Shown in pieces: positions 35,956 to 45,941 of a stretch of DNA of 64,000 nucleotides. Each line of letters begins with the position of its first letter. The stretch's first letter is position 1. Source of the stretch: Bacteroidota bacterium (lineage in GTDB: Bacteria; Bacteroidota; Ignavibacteria; SZUA-365); assembly GCA_014860565.1 (NCBI GenBank), contig JACZJN010000095.1, positions 5,198 to 69,197 of the forward strand, given 5' to 3'. The notes under the pieces were generated by a model. The model ran no database searches and had not been told where the DNA came from. It saw only the letters and a list, made by a program, of their open reading frames with translations. Position numbers and translations under genes: made by a program.

Positions 35956-38436
35956 CTAGGCGCCCTCCCATGCCGGTTCGAGTAATCCCTCATCCGTCGC
36001 ATGCCAGGGCATCCATGCAAGAGTGAAAGGCGAAACCGAAATGTCGGATTTGCGCGGGGCGACGGAGATTTCTTCCAGTGTGAATGTCGATGCATCCATT
36101 GCCTTGAGCCGTGAGGCTTCGTCGCGGAACTGATCCTCGAGCTTTGCGAGTTCGCTCTGCGCTGCGGTGAGATCCGCCTGCGCACGCGCGATGTCGCCGC
36201 GTTCGCTCGACGCGCGTCCGACACGCGAAGCCGTACGCCGGACCGCGCTGCCTGCCGATACGCGCCTGCCGAACAGGGCACCCAGAAGCGTCGCGCCGAC
36301 GTCCACCGCGGCGGCCATGCCCTGGTCGCGGTACTGCGCTTCTTCCTTCGCGACACGCTGCTCCGCCTTGCGGATGCGCTCCTGCACGCGGCTGAACTTC
36401 GGAAGGTATTTTCCGCGGAGCTTCTCCATTTCCGCGTCCCGCTGCTCGCGCAGCATGTCGGAAAGCCGGATGCGAAATTCTCCTTCACTCTCCCCTGCTT
36501 CTGAAATGGCCTTCAGTTCAGGACAGCTCCAGAGGGCGATCGTTTCGTGCTGGTAGAGCCAGGAAGCGAACTGCTTCTGCCACGATGCCACGAGCTTCGC
36601 ATCGCCCAGCGCCGTGGGCAGTCCGGAGAACGCGGCGGCGTCGGCCGGGCTATCGCTGCCGGGCAGATCGTCGTCGAAGCGCATCCCCTGCTCCCACAGG
36701 GGTTCACCGCCCCCGTCATCGAGCGGAAGAAGCATCGACATCGTCTGCCAATCGTCGAGGCGGGACTTCGCATGCACATGATGCACCCGGGCTTTCACGA
36801 GCAGCTGGGGACGGTAGGTGATCTCCCCGGCGGAAGCGGCGGCGGGAAAGAAATACTCGTCGAGTCCGGAAGGGAGCACTGGGCGTGCACCGGCCGCGGT
36901 TCCTGTCACCGAGGCCGCGGATGCAGCCGCGCTGGGAGACGGCATGGGTGTCGCCTCGGAAGTGTCCGCACCCGATGACGACTCCACTGCCGCCCTCGCC
37001 ACACTCCCCGTACCGCCGACCAGTTTCTTCTCCGCCATCAGGATTTCTATCTGCGACCGGGTCAGAGGGCCGCGGAGGTAGGACATCGCCCAGCGCGTCT
37101 CGAAGAGCACCGGGGCGTCGTCATGCACGTTGTTGAGGAGAAACACCCGCTTGCCGAGTCCTGAAAGTGTGGCATCTAACTTCGCCCTGTCAAAGGACTT
37201 GCCAGCCGCGCTTGAAGCGCCCTCGAGTCCATCGAGCACGCGCAGCTTATCGCGCTCGGTCTGCAGGCGCCCGATGAACCAGGTGCCCGTGTTGCCGAGT
37301 CCCTTGTAATCGAGATCCACCGGGTTCTGCGTCGCCAGCACGCATCCCACCCCGAACGCGCGTGCCTGCTTGAGCAGCGTGAGCATCGGGGTCTTGGAGG
37401 GAGGATTCGCCGTGGGCGGGAAGTATCCGAATATCTCATCCATGTAGAGAATCGCGCGTAGGCTCGATGTTCCCGCCTGCCGGCGCATCCACGTGACGAG
37501 TTCATTGAGCACGATGGTGACGAAGAACATGCGTTCAGCGTCGGAGAGATGCGCGATGGAGAGAATGGAGACGCGGGGGCGTCCTTCCGCCGTATACAGC
37601 AGTCGCCCGATATCCAGCGCCTCGCCCTGCATCCACGCTGCGAATCCCGGCGAGGCGAGCATGTTGTTGAGCTGCATGGCCAGTGTCCGGCGGTCCTTTT
37701 CAGGATAGAAGGATTCGAGGTCGAACACGCCGAGCTGTGAAAACGGCGGCGCGAGAATCGCGCGGATGACGTCCGCGATTTCCATGTCCTTTCCTTCCCG
37801 CCAGGCGCTGTCGAGAATATTGGAGAGCAGGATATGCTCGCGGCTCTGAATCGGATCAGCATCGATGCCGATGAGCGCCAGAAGTCCCGATACGGTCGAG
37901 AGGATGCGGTCGCGCAGGGTGTCGAGATCCGCGCGCTGTTCGGCAGGAGGCGCGGAGAAGGAGCGCAGCACGCTTAAGGGGAGTCCGGCCGAACTGCCCG
38001 GCGTATAGATCGCGAGATCCACGGCATTGCGGAGCATGGCTATACGCGCGCCGTCCTGTCCCCACGCCGCGAGTCCCTTGCGCCACGTGTCGGCGGTCGC
38101 CGCGGCGAACGCATCGGTGGACATTCCCTTTCTCGCCGCTTCGGCATCGTCCACCCACGGACGAAAATCTTCCGCACGTAATTCCGGGAAGGTGAGCAGC
38201 AGGTTTCCGATATCCCCTTTCGGATCGATGACGATGGCGGGAATATTGTCGATCGCCGCTTCCTCGAGGAGACCGATGCAGAGTCCGGTTTTCCCGCTGC
38301 CCGTCATGCCGACGCAGAGGGCGTGCGTCGTGAGGTCCTTGGCGTCATAGAGAAGCAGTTGATCTTCCGCCGTCGCGCCGTCCGCATTCCTGATTTTTCC
38401 GAGATAGAACGATCCGAGTTTTTCGAAATCCTGCAT
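35956..38436 (-). CDS. HerA/FtsK-like P-loop ATPase (DUF87/DUF853-type), 826 aa with a C-terminal coiled-coil
   Basis: Walker A GMTGSGKTG, Walker B ILYMDEIF, HerA-like conserved blocks. Confidence 0.55.
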   Translation of the reverse strand: MQDFEKLGSFYLGKIRNADGATAEDQLLLYDAKDLTTHALCVGMTGSGKTGLCIGLLEEAAIDNIPAIVIDPKGDIGNLLLTFPELRAEDFRPWVDDAEAARKGMSTDAFAAATADTWRKGLAAWGQDGARIAMLRNAVDLAIYTPGSSAGLPLSVLRSFSAPPAEQRADLDTLRDRILSTVSGLLALIGIDADPIQSREHILLSNILDSAWREGKDMEIADVIRAILAPPFSQLGVFDLESFYPEKDRRTLAMQLNNMLASPGFAAWMQGEALDIGRLLYTAEGRPRVSILSIAHLSDAERMFFVTIVLNELVTWMRRQAGTSSLRAILYMDEIFGYFPPTANPPSKTPMLTLLKQARAFGVGCVLATQNPVDLDYKGLGNTGTWFIGRLQTERDKLRVLDGLEGASSAAGKSFDRAKLDATLSGLGKRVFLLNNVHDDAPVLFETRWAMSYLRGPLTRSQIEILMAEKKLVGGTGSVARAAVESSSGADTSEATPMPSPSAAASAASVTGTAAGARPVLPSGLDEYFFPAAASAGEITYRPQLLVKARVHHVHAKSRLDDWQTMSMLLPLDDGGGEPLWEQGMRFDDDLPGSDSPADAAAFSGLPTALGDAKLVASWQKQFASWLYQHETIALWSCPELKAISEAGESEGEFRIRLSDMLREQRDAEMEKLRGKYLPKFSRVQERIRKAEQRVAKEEAQYRDQGMAAAVDVGATLLGALFGRRVSAGSAVRRTASRVGRASSERGDIARAQADLTAAQSELAKLEDQFRDEASRLKAMDASTFTLEEISVAPRKSDISVSPFTLAWMPWHATDEGLLEPAWEGA

Positions 38437-38831
38437 TGCCGGTTACCCATGGAATTGAAGTGGTACGAAATATTAGTGGTTCGCGGAGGATTTCGCAAGC
38501 GTAAGCCAACTGTAATGCAGGATTCAGCTGTCTGCAAGGTGGCGATGTTACTTTTCGGCACATCTTCCCGCGAAGTATATCTTCTGCGGGGGAGATGCGT
38601 CCATACCCCACACCGGTCGCCCGCGACCGATGCCAGTGCCATGCTGACATAGGCCGGGGTATGCACATGAACGCCGCTCCGAGCGTTGCTGCAAGCGTTG
38701 CGTGCGTGCGTTGCTGCAAGCGTTGCTGCCCAGCACTGCGTGCGTGCGCAGCGGGGCAATGCCATGGCGGCGGTGCCGACTTTTCAATATGAGAGGTATT
38801 GTTTCATATACAATCAAGGAAGGACAACAGC

Positions 38832-40004
38832 ATGGACAAGATTTACACGTATCTCCTTCTCGCGGTAGCATCAGCGGTGCTGTTTGGTACCGTGAAGCAT
38901 TTCGCTGATGACCCGGCAGCAAATGCAGAAAGCGCAGTGCACAGCAAGAGCATCCAGGCGCACGATCTCGCATTGAGCGGCATTGATTACGCTCTGCTGA
39001 AGCTTCGTGACAATCCCGCATGGGAAAGCGCGGAAGAATCAGCGCAGCTTGAAATACCGGGCGTACGCGTTCAGGCAGCGCCGACGCCTGCCGAGCGAAG
39101 CGATCTTCCCGGTGTTCAGGCCGAGAACGCGCGTTTCGTGACGTCGAGCGCCTCGGTCGAAAGTGCGCATTCGTCGGTGCAAGCCATCATCGAATGTCCG
39201 ACGACGCCCGAACTCCCCCCCGCTCTTCGTTACGCACTCTTTGCCGGCGGCGATCTGGATGTCCGCCAGCAGCTGCTGGTTCGGGACGAGGACAATCAGC
39301 TCCGCAATGCGAACGTGCATGCGAATCAGCAGATGATCGTCGGCAGCCGCAGTCTCGTTCAGGGATTCGGTACGTACTCGGGCATGTTGCGCATGCGCGG
39401 AGATGCCGCCAACAAGGTGTTCTCCCCCAACTATGCCGATGGCGGGAAACCCTTGTATCGCCATCCGGAAATCAGCGTGCCGCAGATCAATCCGCATGAC
39501 TGGGAACGCATCGCGACACGGACCTACGCATCCAGCACCATTCTCGCCGGCGATCTCGACATCGGCAGCATGTACGAGCCCGGTGTCTGGCTGATCAAGG
39601 GCCACCTCGATCTGCGAGACGGGATTAAAGGATCCGGAGTTCTGCTCGTAACCGGCGACCTCCGTCTTTACGGTAAAAAAGCGAAAAGCCTGCTCAACGA
39701 ATCGCTCGAAAACCTGGTGATCGTCGTCGGCGGCAACGTGTTCGCGGAGGATGCGAAGCTCGGTGGTTCGATCATTTGCGGCGGCAGTTTCTACGGCAGC
39801 GGGCATGTGATCATCATCGGTTCTCTCGTCGCGCAGGGCAATGTGAAGAGCGAAGGCACGCTGGACCTTTACTACCGTCCTCTCCCCGATCGGCTGGCCT
39901 CTCTGCTGTGGACTCCGCAGCTGCAGTTGCCCCGCATCGTACGGTTTTATGACGCGGTGCCACCGGCACAGTCAACAGCCCTGGCAGCGGCCGACGCGCT
40001 CTGA
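38832..40004 (+). CDS. hypothetical membrane-anchored/secreted protein
   Basis: N-terminal signal-anchor; Gly-rich repetitive beta-like C-terminal half; no confident family. Confidence 0.45.
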   Translation: MDKIYTYLLLAVASAVLFGTVKHFADDPAANAESAVHSKSIQAHDLALSGIDYALLKLRDNPAWESAEESAQLEIPGVRVQAAPTPAERSDLPGVQAENARFVTSSASVESAHSSVQAIIECPTTPELPPALRYALFAGGDLDVRQQLLVRDEDNQLRNANVHANQQMIVGSRSLVQGFGTYSGMLRMRGDAANKVFSPNYADGGKPLYRHPEISVPQINPHDWERIATRTYASSTILAGDLDIGSMYEPGVWLIKGHLDLRDGIKGSGVLLVTGDLRLYGKKAKSLLNESLENLVIVVGGNVFAEDAKLGGSIICGGSFYGSGHVIIIGSLVAQGNVKSEGTLDLYYRPLPDRLASLLWTPQLQLPRIVRFYDAVPPAQSTALAAADAL

Positions 40005-40165
40005 GGTTACGGATCGAGGGTCGTTCTGGAATGCGACCACCGACGGAATCCGAGCCTTTCCACCAATTGTTGCCACTCTCGACGCGGATGCTTTATCCGC
40101 GTGGATACTGGTTCCGTATTTTTACCCTGTCATTTTGTGTGACAAAGCAGCCTCATTGATGTCTA

Positions 40166-41026
40166 GTGACTATGCATGCCCTCTGGAGGTTCATGATGTC
40201 ACTGATAATGCGTTACCTGTTTCTGCTGCTCTCGCTCGGGCTGTTTCCGCAATCCTGCGCCGAACGTCATGACACACGCTTCCCGACAGCGCCCTTGCCG
40301 TCGTCCGCTGCCGAACCACCATCTCCCGCTCCCGACAGCGCAAGCACGGAAAACCTGGAGCCGATCGAACCGGCACCGCCGGGGGATGCCGGGAGACTGA
40401 CGCTCCTCACGCGGTACGACAGCATCCGCAGTTATCCGGGTGGAGGCGGTGTTTTTACCATCGCCATCGTCCCGGATCAGGATTTCACCGGCCGCGCGAT
40501 CCTGTCGATCGACGCCGATCCTGCGCTGCACGCGCGACTTGATCGAAGCACGCTCAACCGCGGGAGGTCCGTTGCGGAACTGAAGCTGCGGCCGTCGCTC
40601 GACATCGCAGCGGGCCTCTATACGATTTCGCTTCAGGTCATGCATAATGGTATGCGGTACACGCACTCCCTCCACGTGCGCGTATTCGAGTGGTCGCAGG
40701 CCGTACCCGGTGTTGAAATGGAGAAACGGGCGGCATTCCTTTCCTGGCTCGCAACCGCTCACCCTGAGCTCGGTGATATCTCCGCCCGTCCATTCACGCG
40801 ATACATCACCTACCCGGAAATCCTCATCGTCGAGCATTGGACGTTTCTGGGCAGCGCCTGGGACATGCGTCTCTGTTTTCACGTGATGATACCCCCGGAC
40901 GACTGGTCGATGATGCTGCTCCGCCGGACCGGATCGTTGACTCCGCTGCTCGCCGCCAGGCGGGAAAGCGATGGCAGCATCCACGAAATTCCCATCGCGG
41001 AATACCCCCTTCTCTGCGGTTACTGA
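40166..41026 (+). CDS. hypothetical secreted/lipoprotein
   Basis: N-terminal hydrophobic segment followed by Cys; Pro/Ser-rich linker; start codon uncertain. Confidence 0.4.
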   Translation: MTMHALWRFMMSLIMRYLFLLLSLGLFPQSCAERHDTRFPTAPLPSSAAEPPSPAPDSASTENLEPIEPAPPGDAGRLTLLTRYDSIRSYPGGGGVFTIAIVPDQDFTGRAILSIDADPALHARLDRSTLNRGRSVAELKLRPSLDIAAGLYTISLQVMHNGMRYTHSLHVRVFEWSQAVPGVEMEKRAAFLSWLATAHPELGDISARPFTRYITYPEILIVEHWTFLGSAWDMRLCFHVMIPPDDWSMMLLRRTGSLTPLLAARRESDGSIHEIPIAEYPLLCGY

Positions 41027-41077
41027 GGCATTCGCCGCGCATTGTCTTTCTGCGGGTTTACGCGTATCTTTGTAGAC

Positions 41078-41153
41078 TTCGGGGTGTAGCGTAGCCCGGT
41101 ATCGCGCCTGCTTTGGGAGCAGGAGGTCGTCGGTTCAAATCCGGCCACCCCGA
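41078..41153 (+). tRNA. tRNA-Pro (anticodon UGG)
   Basis: acceptor CGGGGTG/CACCCCG, anticodon loop TTTGGGA, T-arm GTCGG-TTCAAAT-CCGGC. Confidence 0.85.
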
Positions 41154-41158
41154 CAGTC

Positions 41159-41189
41159 ACGGCCCTCATTCGAGGGCCGTTTTTTTTGG
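41159..41189 (+). terminator. rho-independent terminator after tRNA-Pro
   Basis: cggccctc-attc-gagggccg followed by T8. Confidence 0.7.
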
Positions 41190-41227
41190 GGGAGACAAGG
41201 TTTTCCATTAACGACATGGCATCCTCG

Positions 41228-42382
41228 CTACTTGTTCACTCGTGTTCCAACAAGCAGCACCGCTCGGTTGGCTCGATAATCTTCGCCAACGACGTATACT
41301 TTGTTTTTGGTAACCGTCACATCCAGCAATGAAGCCGTTGGACATAATTCGCCAACCTCATCGTATTTGTTGACGGAATGGCCATTGAAATGAAATACAC
41401 GTCCATTATCTCCAACGAAAAAAACATCATTCACCGTGGTACCTGCAAATTTTCTGACGACTCCCTGTGGTGAATTGATTCGTGGGATGGCGTAGCGAAC
41501 ATAATTGCTCTGATCTTTTACTTCTTGAACTATCAGCTCTTGATTATGGATCGCAAACAACCTGCCATCGACACTCCACAGTGATTGAAACCAATATTCC
41601 GAGGTATCGGTCTCCCCTCCAACTTCGGCCGGTGATATTTCCCCTTTATTCCATTTCCATAAATGAGACTCGCCTGTATTGGTCCACCAGCAACTTAAAT
41701 AATACTGGTTCGGGCCTACTTCCGCTAATGATGCTACCGGGACTTCTGTTGGAAGCAATACGCTCTCGCATATGATCTCCGCTCCAGGCGCTTTCCGGAC
41801 AATCATTCCCAACGAGCTTCCCCCACCGTAAAAAAACACGTTCCCAGAGCCGGCCTGATCCACGAGATGGTGGGGGCGACCCAAATATGGTATGTCTCGC
41901 AAGTCATGAAATAGTATTGTATCGCCACGGAGCTCGGTGCACCCCATGGATGTAATAAAGACGGTAGCCCCATACGATCGGAATACACCAAATATGTACG
42001 TCGAATTGATAGACCCATCGTTTTTGATCCCTTCGATGAGCATATCCTTGAATTGCGTCCCGTCATACCGAATTGCGTTTACTCGACGTCTAGGGATACG
42101 GTGAGGACTTGAGTACACCAAGGTGTCAATCCCGATATCCCCAGTGAGCCATATCTCCGTATCTGACACCGCGAATACATAGCTCAGCTCGGGTGCCAGT
42201 CGCGTTCCACCGCTGAATGAAAACACTTCCCATGTAAACAAATGGCTCGTTGTGTCCAACGTTGTTTGGAGCGAAGGAGTCCGCTGCGGGCTTATGGAAT
42301 CATCGCATGCTGTGAACAATAGTGCAAGCGAGAATGACAGCCACCCGAAGCCTCGGCACAACCAATTCAGTCTTTCAATCAT
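41228..42382 (-). CDS. hypothetical lipoprotein (beta-propeller-like)
   Basis: lipobox LLFTAC; repetitive beta-strand-rich sequence. Confidence 0.5.
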   Translation of the reverse strand: MIERLNWLCRGFGWLSFSLALLFTACDDSISPQRTPSLQTTLDTTSHLFTWEVFSFSGGTRLAPELSYVFAVSDTEIWLTGDIGIDTLVYSSPHRIPRRRVNAIRYDGTQFKDMLIEGIKNDGSINSTYIFGVFRSYGATVFITSMGCTELRGDTILFHDLRDIPYLGRPHHLVDQAGSGNVFFYGGGSSLGMIVRKAPGAEIICESVLLPTEVPVASLAEVGPNQYYLSCWWTNTGESHLWKWNKGEISPAEVGGETDTSEYWFQSLWSVDGRLFAIHNQELIVQEVKDQSNYVRYAIPRINSPQGVVRKFAGTTVNDVFFVGDNGRVFHFNGHSVNKYDEVGELCPTASLLDVTVTKNKVYVVGEDYRANRAVLLVGTRVNK

Positions 42383-42887
42383 CCATCCTCGGCCTCTGTT
42401 GATCATACGATCCTATGGCGCTGATGATGTCCCTCTGCGGTGTAAAGATCGAATGGTTGCAGGTTCTTTTCGGACCTTCATACAATTTGTCCTCGCATCC
42501 ACATCCGACGATCGCACCGGTCTCGTCCCAAAGGAAGGCACAGTTGTAACAGAGATCTGATTCCCCCAGGTGCGTGGTTCCGTCGGGCTTGATCAGGATG
42601 TTGCGGCCTTCCTGATAGCACTCGAAGGCGAAAATGACTCCATTGATTTCGCAGACAAGGTACGGTGTCTGGCCCGCCGTAATGTGCGCATCCATATTCA
42701 CCATCTGCACCCTTTCGCCGGTACTCGTATTTTTCACTTTCTGACAGGCGGCATAGACGGCACCTTGAGATACAATGAGCTCAATGGTTCCGTTATTGGA
42801 ATATTCTCCAACAACAATGGATGACTCCTGCGCGCTACAGGTGACGGCGGCAATCAGGATCATGGAAAATGTGATGAGGTTATGCAT
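42375..42887 (-). CDS. small secreted Cys-rich hypothetical protein
   Basis: signal peptide; 10 Cys in ~150 mature residues; abuts the downstream lipoprotein gene. Confidence 0.4.
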   Translation of the reverse strand: MHNLITFSMILIAAVTCSAQESSIVVGEYSNNGTIELIVSQGAVYAACQKVKNTSTGERVQMVNMDAHITAGQTPYLVCEINGVIFAFECYQEGRNILIKPDGTTHLGESDLCYNCAFLWDETGAIVGCGCEDKLYEGPKRTCNHSIFTPQRDIISAIGSYDQQRPRMDD

Positions 42888-43199
42888 GACGTCCCCTGTC
42901 CTCATGTGGTTGCAGAATTCGTGTCACCACGCTCATCCTCCGCGGCGTCTGATTACATTAATGTACCGGAGATCTGGCGCTTATATTTCGGAAAATAGTG
43001 CCTGCACTGGCGAGAGTCAATGGAACGTCGTATCATGGAGACATGCTCCTCTGCGAAAGATGTACCCGGATTCGAAAGAATCTGCGCAGGGAGTGAAAGA
43101 CCGCCGCAAGCGTTTTGTGCTACATTACTCCCTCGCACCGAAAAAGTACGCGGAACGCGTCCACTGATCTCTCAAGATTCTCGGATATTCGGAGGTACA

Positions 43200-44108
43200 A
43201 TGAAAAGCGCAATTATCATGCTGCTGTTCCTTACGTGCGGCAGTGCACTGCAGGGCCAGACCACTATCGTCCTCCAACCCGGTCCGGAAGACGGCAAGGA
43301 CGGCATGGTGTGGGACGATCCCATCTATAGCAAAGCGAAACGGAATTACGCGAACAGTACTGAGATGCTCGTCCATGCGTGGACCGATCAGGGTGTGCCG
43401 GTCTATGCGCGCAGCTATCTCGCGTTTGATCTGACAAGCATTCAGCGCACGGACCTGATCAACGCAACCCTGGTACTGCATAACAATCCGGAAGGGACAT
43501 TCAACGGAGAACATCAGCCGTGGAGCGGACCCAATCGCGCATGGGTTCGGCGCGTAACCACGCCATGGGACGAAACGGAATTGACCTGGTACAATCAACC
43601 TGCCTCCACGGAAGAACACCAGGTTCTGGTACCCGAATCCGTCGATCCCCATCAGAGCTATTTCCTGAATGTCACCCCGCTCGTTACCGAGATGCTGGGC
43701 ATCCACCGCTATGACAGCCACGGATTCATGATCATTCTTGAAAATGAAACGCATTACCGCGCGCTTGTCTTCGCCACCAGCAATTACGCCGATCCGGCCA
43801 GGAGACCACGGCTCGAACTGACGTTTTCATCCCAAACTCCTGTCAATGCGTTGACGCACTTCGCGGCGATCAACATGGAAATCTACCCGAACCCCGCGAC
43901 GGATCGTGTGGAAGTGCAGGTAGACCTCCCGACGGGGAAAACGGGTCACGTCGAACTGCTCAACGTGCTGGGACAGGTCTTGCAATCCCGCCGCATCCAT
44001 GAGAGCACACGCCTGCATCTCTCACTCGAAGGGCTGTCACAGGGGCAGTATTGGCTGCGCCTCGGCACTACCGACGATGTCGTCATCAAACCGATTATCG
44101 TGCGTTAG
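43200..44108 (+). CDS. secreted protein with a T9SS C-terminal sorting domain
   Basis: signal peptide; C-terminal ...MEIYPNPATDRVEVQ...GQYWLRLGTTDDVVIKPIIVR; RBS ggagg. Confidence 0.7.
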   Translation: MKSAIIMLLFLTCGSALQGQTTIVLQPGPEDGKDGMVWDDPIYSKAKRNYANSTEMLVHAWTDQGVPVYARSYLAFDLTSIQRTDLINATLVLHNNPEGTFNGEHQPWSGPNRAWVRRVTTPWDETELTWYNQPASTEEHQVLVPESVDPHQSYFLNVTPLVTEMLGIHRYDSHGFMIILENETHYRALVFATSNYADPARRPRLELTFSSQTPVNALTHFAAINMEIYPNPATDRVEVQVDLPTGKTGHVELLNVLGQVLQSRRIHESTRLHLSLEGLSQGQYWLRLGTTDDVVIKPIIVR

Positions 44109-44156
44109 GCAGCGCCTCCCTTCCCTTGCGCATAAATGGCTGAATCGGGTAAACAC

Positions 44157-44193
44157 GAACGAGGCTGACGGTTGTGTCCCGTCAGCCTCGTTC
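44157..44193. terminator. bidirectional hairpin (15-bp perfect stem) between convergent genes
   Basis: gaacgaggctgacgg-ttgtgtc-ccgtcagcctcgttc. Confidence 0.55.
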
Positions 44194-44251
44194 GCTGAAG
44201 TCAGGCTTTTCTGAAAATACGTAAGAGCGTTGGATCGAGAGATCGCCCGGT

Positions 44252-45637
44252 TTACCGCAGCGCTTTCTCCGCATTCACGCGTCCATAGCCGAATTCGCCG
44301 TCGCGTCCGGGGGTACCGAGATCGTCGGCGGTGTTCTTCAGCTGCGCGACGATCGCGCCGGAATGCATTTCCGGATGCGCGCTTTTCACAAGTGCTGCGA
44401 CGCCGGAGACAATGGGCGCGGCCATGCTCGTTCCGCTGGAGAACATGTACCAGCCGTCGGGATTCTTGAGTCCCAGCCGACGCGCTACGGCAGGCGCCAT
44501 GGCGGAGATGACCATGTCGCTCATGGTTCCGTAGGACGTCTCGTTGCAATCGATGCTCCCGCCCGGCGCGGCAAGGGTGATCAAACCGTCGCCGTAATTC
44601 GAATAGCATGCGCGCGCTTCGGAGCCGTCCTGCGACGGAGGCGTGCTTGCGCTGACAAGGACGGTGCCCGCTTCATCCGTCGTGACGAATCTGCGCAGGA
44701 CATCGGAACAGAGGTCCGTGTCGTCATTCCCCGCGGAAGCGACGACGACGACGTCATGGCTGGCTGCGTAGTCGATGGCGCGGTGCAGGATTTCCGCGAG
44801 ATGCCGGTATTCAATAAGTGCACCGATGCCGCCGAGACTCAGATTGATGACATCCACATGTGCGAAATCGACTGCGTACATGATACCCGCGATCAGACTC
44901 GCGAACGTTGCGTTGCCGTTGTCATCAAGGACCTTCACGCCGACGAGCGTGACGTCCGGCGCGACGCTCGCGACACCGAGATTATTCGAGGCGATCAACG
45001 CGGAGACGTGCGTCCCGTGATAATGCCGATCAATATAGTCCTTCGGATCCGAAGGATTCGAAGCACTGAAATTCATGCTGGCATCCAGATCATACTTGCC
45101 CATAAGGTCCACATGATCAGGACTGATACCCGTGTCAAGAATGCCGACACGCACCGCACGGCTGCCGCGCGTCACGTTCCAGGCAGCGCCGACACCGATT
45201 TCCTGAAGACCCCACTGGATATCATAGAACTCCGCGTCCGACAGCCGCGACGTTGATGTATTGTCCGCCGCGGCCTGGACACGCACGTTCAGGTCCATCG
45301 AAAGTGCATTGACCCAGTGCACGGACACATCCTTCACAAGCCGGGTCACAAACGACTTCCTGGAAAGCTCTTCCAACTGCGCGTCGGAGAGACCGCTGAT
45401 CGAAGCGACGTGGATACCGTCCCAGATTTCATCCACCATTCCGCCTTCCGCGCTGATTGCAAAACGAAAATAGGTGGCATCTCCTCCGAATTCCACCAGG
45501 TAATGGTCTGATGACGCGACTCGCGCAGCAGACACACCCGCGTCGGGATTCGGACCATTTCCTGCCTGCCCCGCTGTTGCGAACAGTATGACGCCGAGCA
45601 CGACGGCAATGCCTGCTTTGGTAATCTGGTGTTTCAT
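44252..45637 (-). CDS. S8 family serine peptidase (subtilisin-like) with an N-terminal propeptide
   Basis: catalytic triad motifs GILDTGI, HGTHVS, GTSMAAP; signal peptide. Confidence 0.85.
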   Translation of the reverse strand: MKHQITKAGIAVVLGVILFATAGQAGNGPNPDAGVSAARVASSDHYLVEFGGDATYFRFAISAEGGMVDEIWDGIHVASISGLSDAQLEELSRKSFVTRLVKDVSVHWVNALSMDLNVRVQAAADNTSTSRLSDAEFYDIQWGLQEIGVGAAWNVTRGSRAVRVGILDTGISPDHVDLMGKYDLDASMNFSASNPSDPKDYIDRHYHGTHVSALIASNNLGVASVAPDVTLVGVKVLDDNGNATFASLIAGIMYAVDFAHVDVINLSLGGIGALIEYRHLAEILHRAIDYAASHDVVVVASAGNDDTDLCSDVLRRFVTTDEAGTVLVSASTPPSQDGSEARACYSNYGDGLITLAAPGGSIDCNETSYGTMSDMVISAMAPAVARRLGLKNPDGWYMFSSGTSMAAPIVSGVAALVKSAHPEMHSGAIVAQLKNTADDLGTPGRDGEFGYGRVNAEKALR

Positions 45638-45941
45638 CTGGGACCTCCTGAGTTTCTTTGTACGTGAACGATTTCACGGGGATGACAGAACCCTGCGGTC
45701 GGTGAACCATCTGCAGCGTCGAAACGGCTGCACACCTTCTTTTGGACTTGGTCTTTGTAATTAGAGTTGCTGACGGTATTACGGGGGTGGTCACGGAATG
45801 TTTCACCATACAAAATATATATTCGTTTTTATCTTTTATCCCGGATTTCTGCGGCCCATGTGGCATTTTACGCGAATTCTGCTATCTTCAGGCTAGTAAA
45901 CTCCGAACTGTAGTTTCATTCACATCACGGAAAAGAGCCTC

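Noticed and set aside
38680-38760. Low-complexity direct repeats (gcgttgctgcaagcgttgc x2, gcgtgcgtgcg x2) upstream of the 38832 gene
   Set aside because: Short, imperfect, GC-rich simple-sequence repeats with no associated structure or ORF; not distinctive enough to call an element.
41078-41153. Integrated mobile element or prophage at tRNA-Pro
   Set aside because: No integrase, transposase, phage gene or tRNA-3' direct repeat within the following 5 kb; only hypothetical secreted proteins. Kept as a low-interest synteny question instead.
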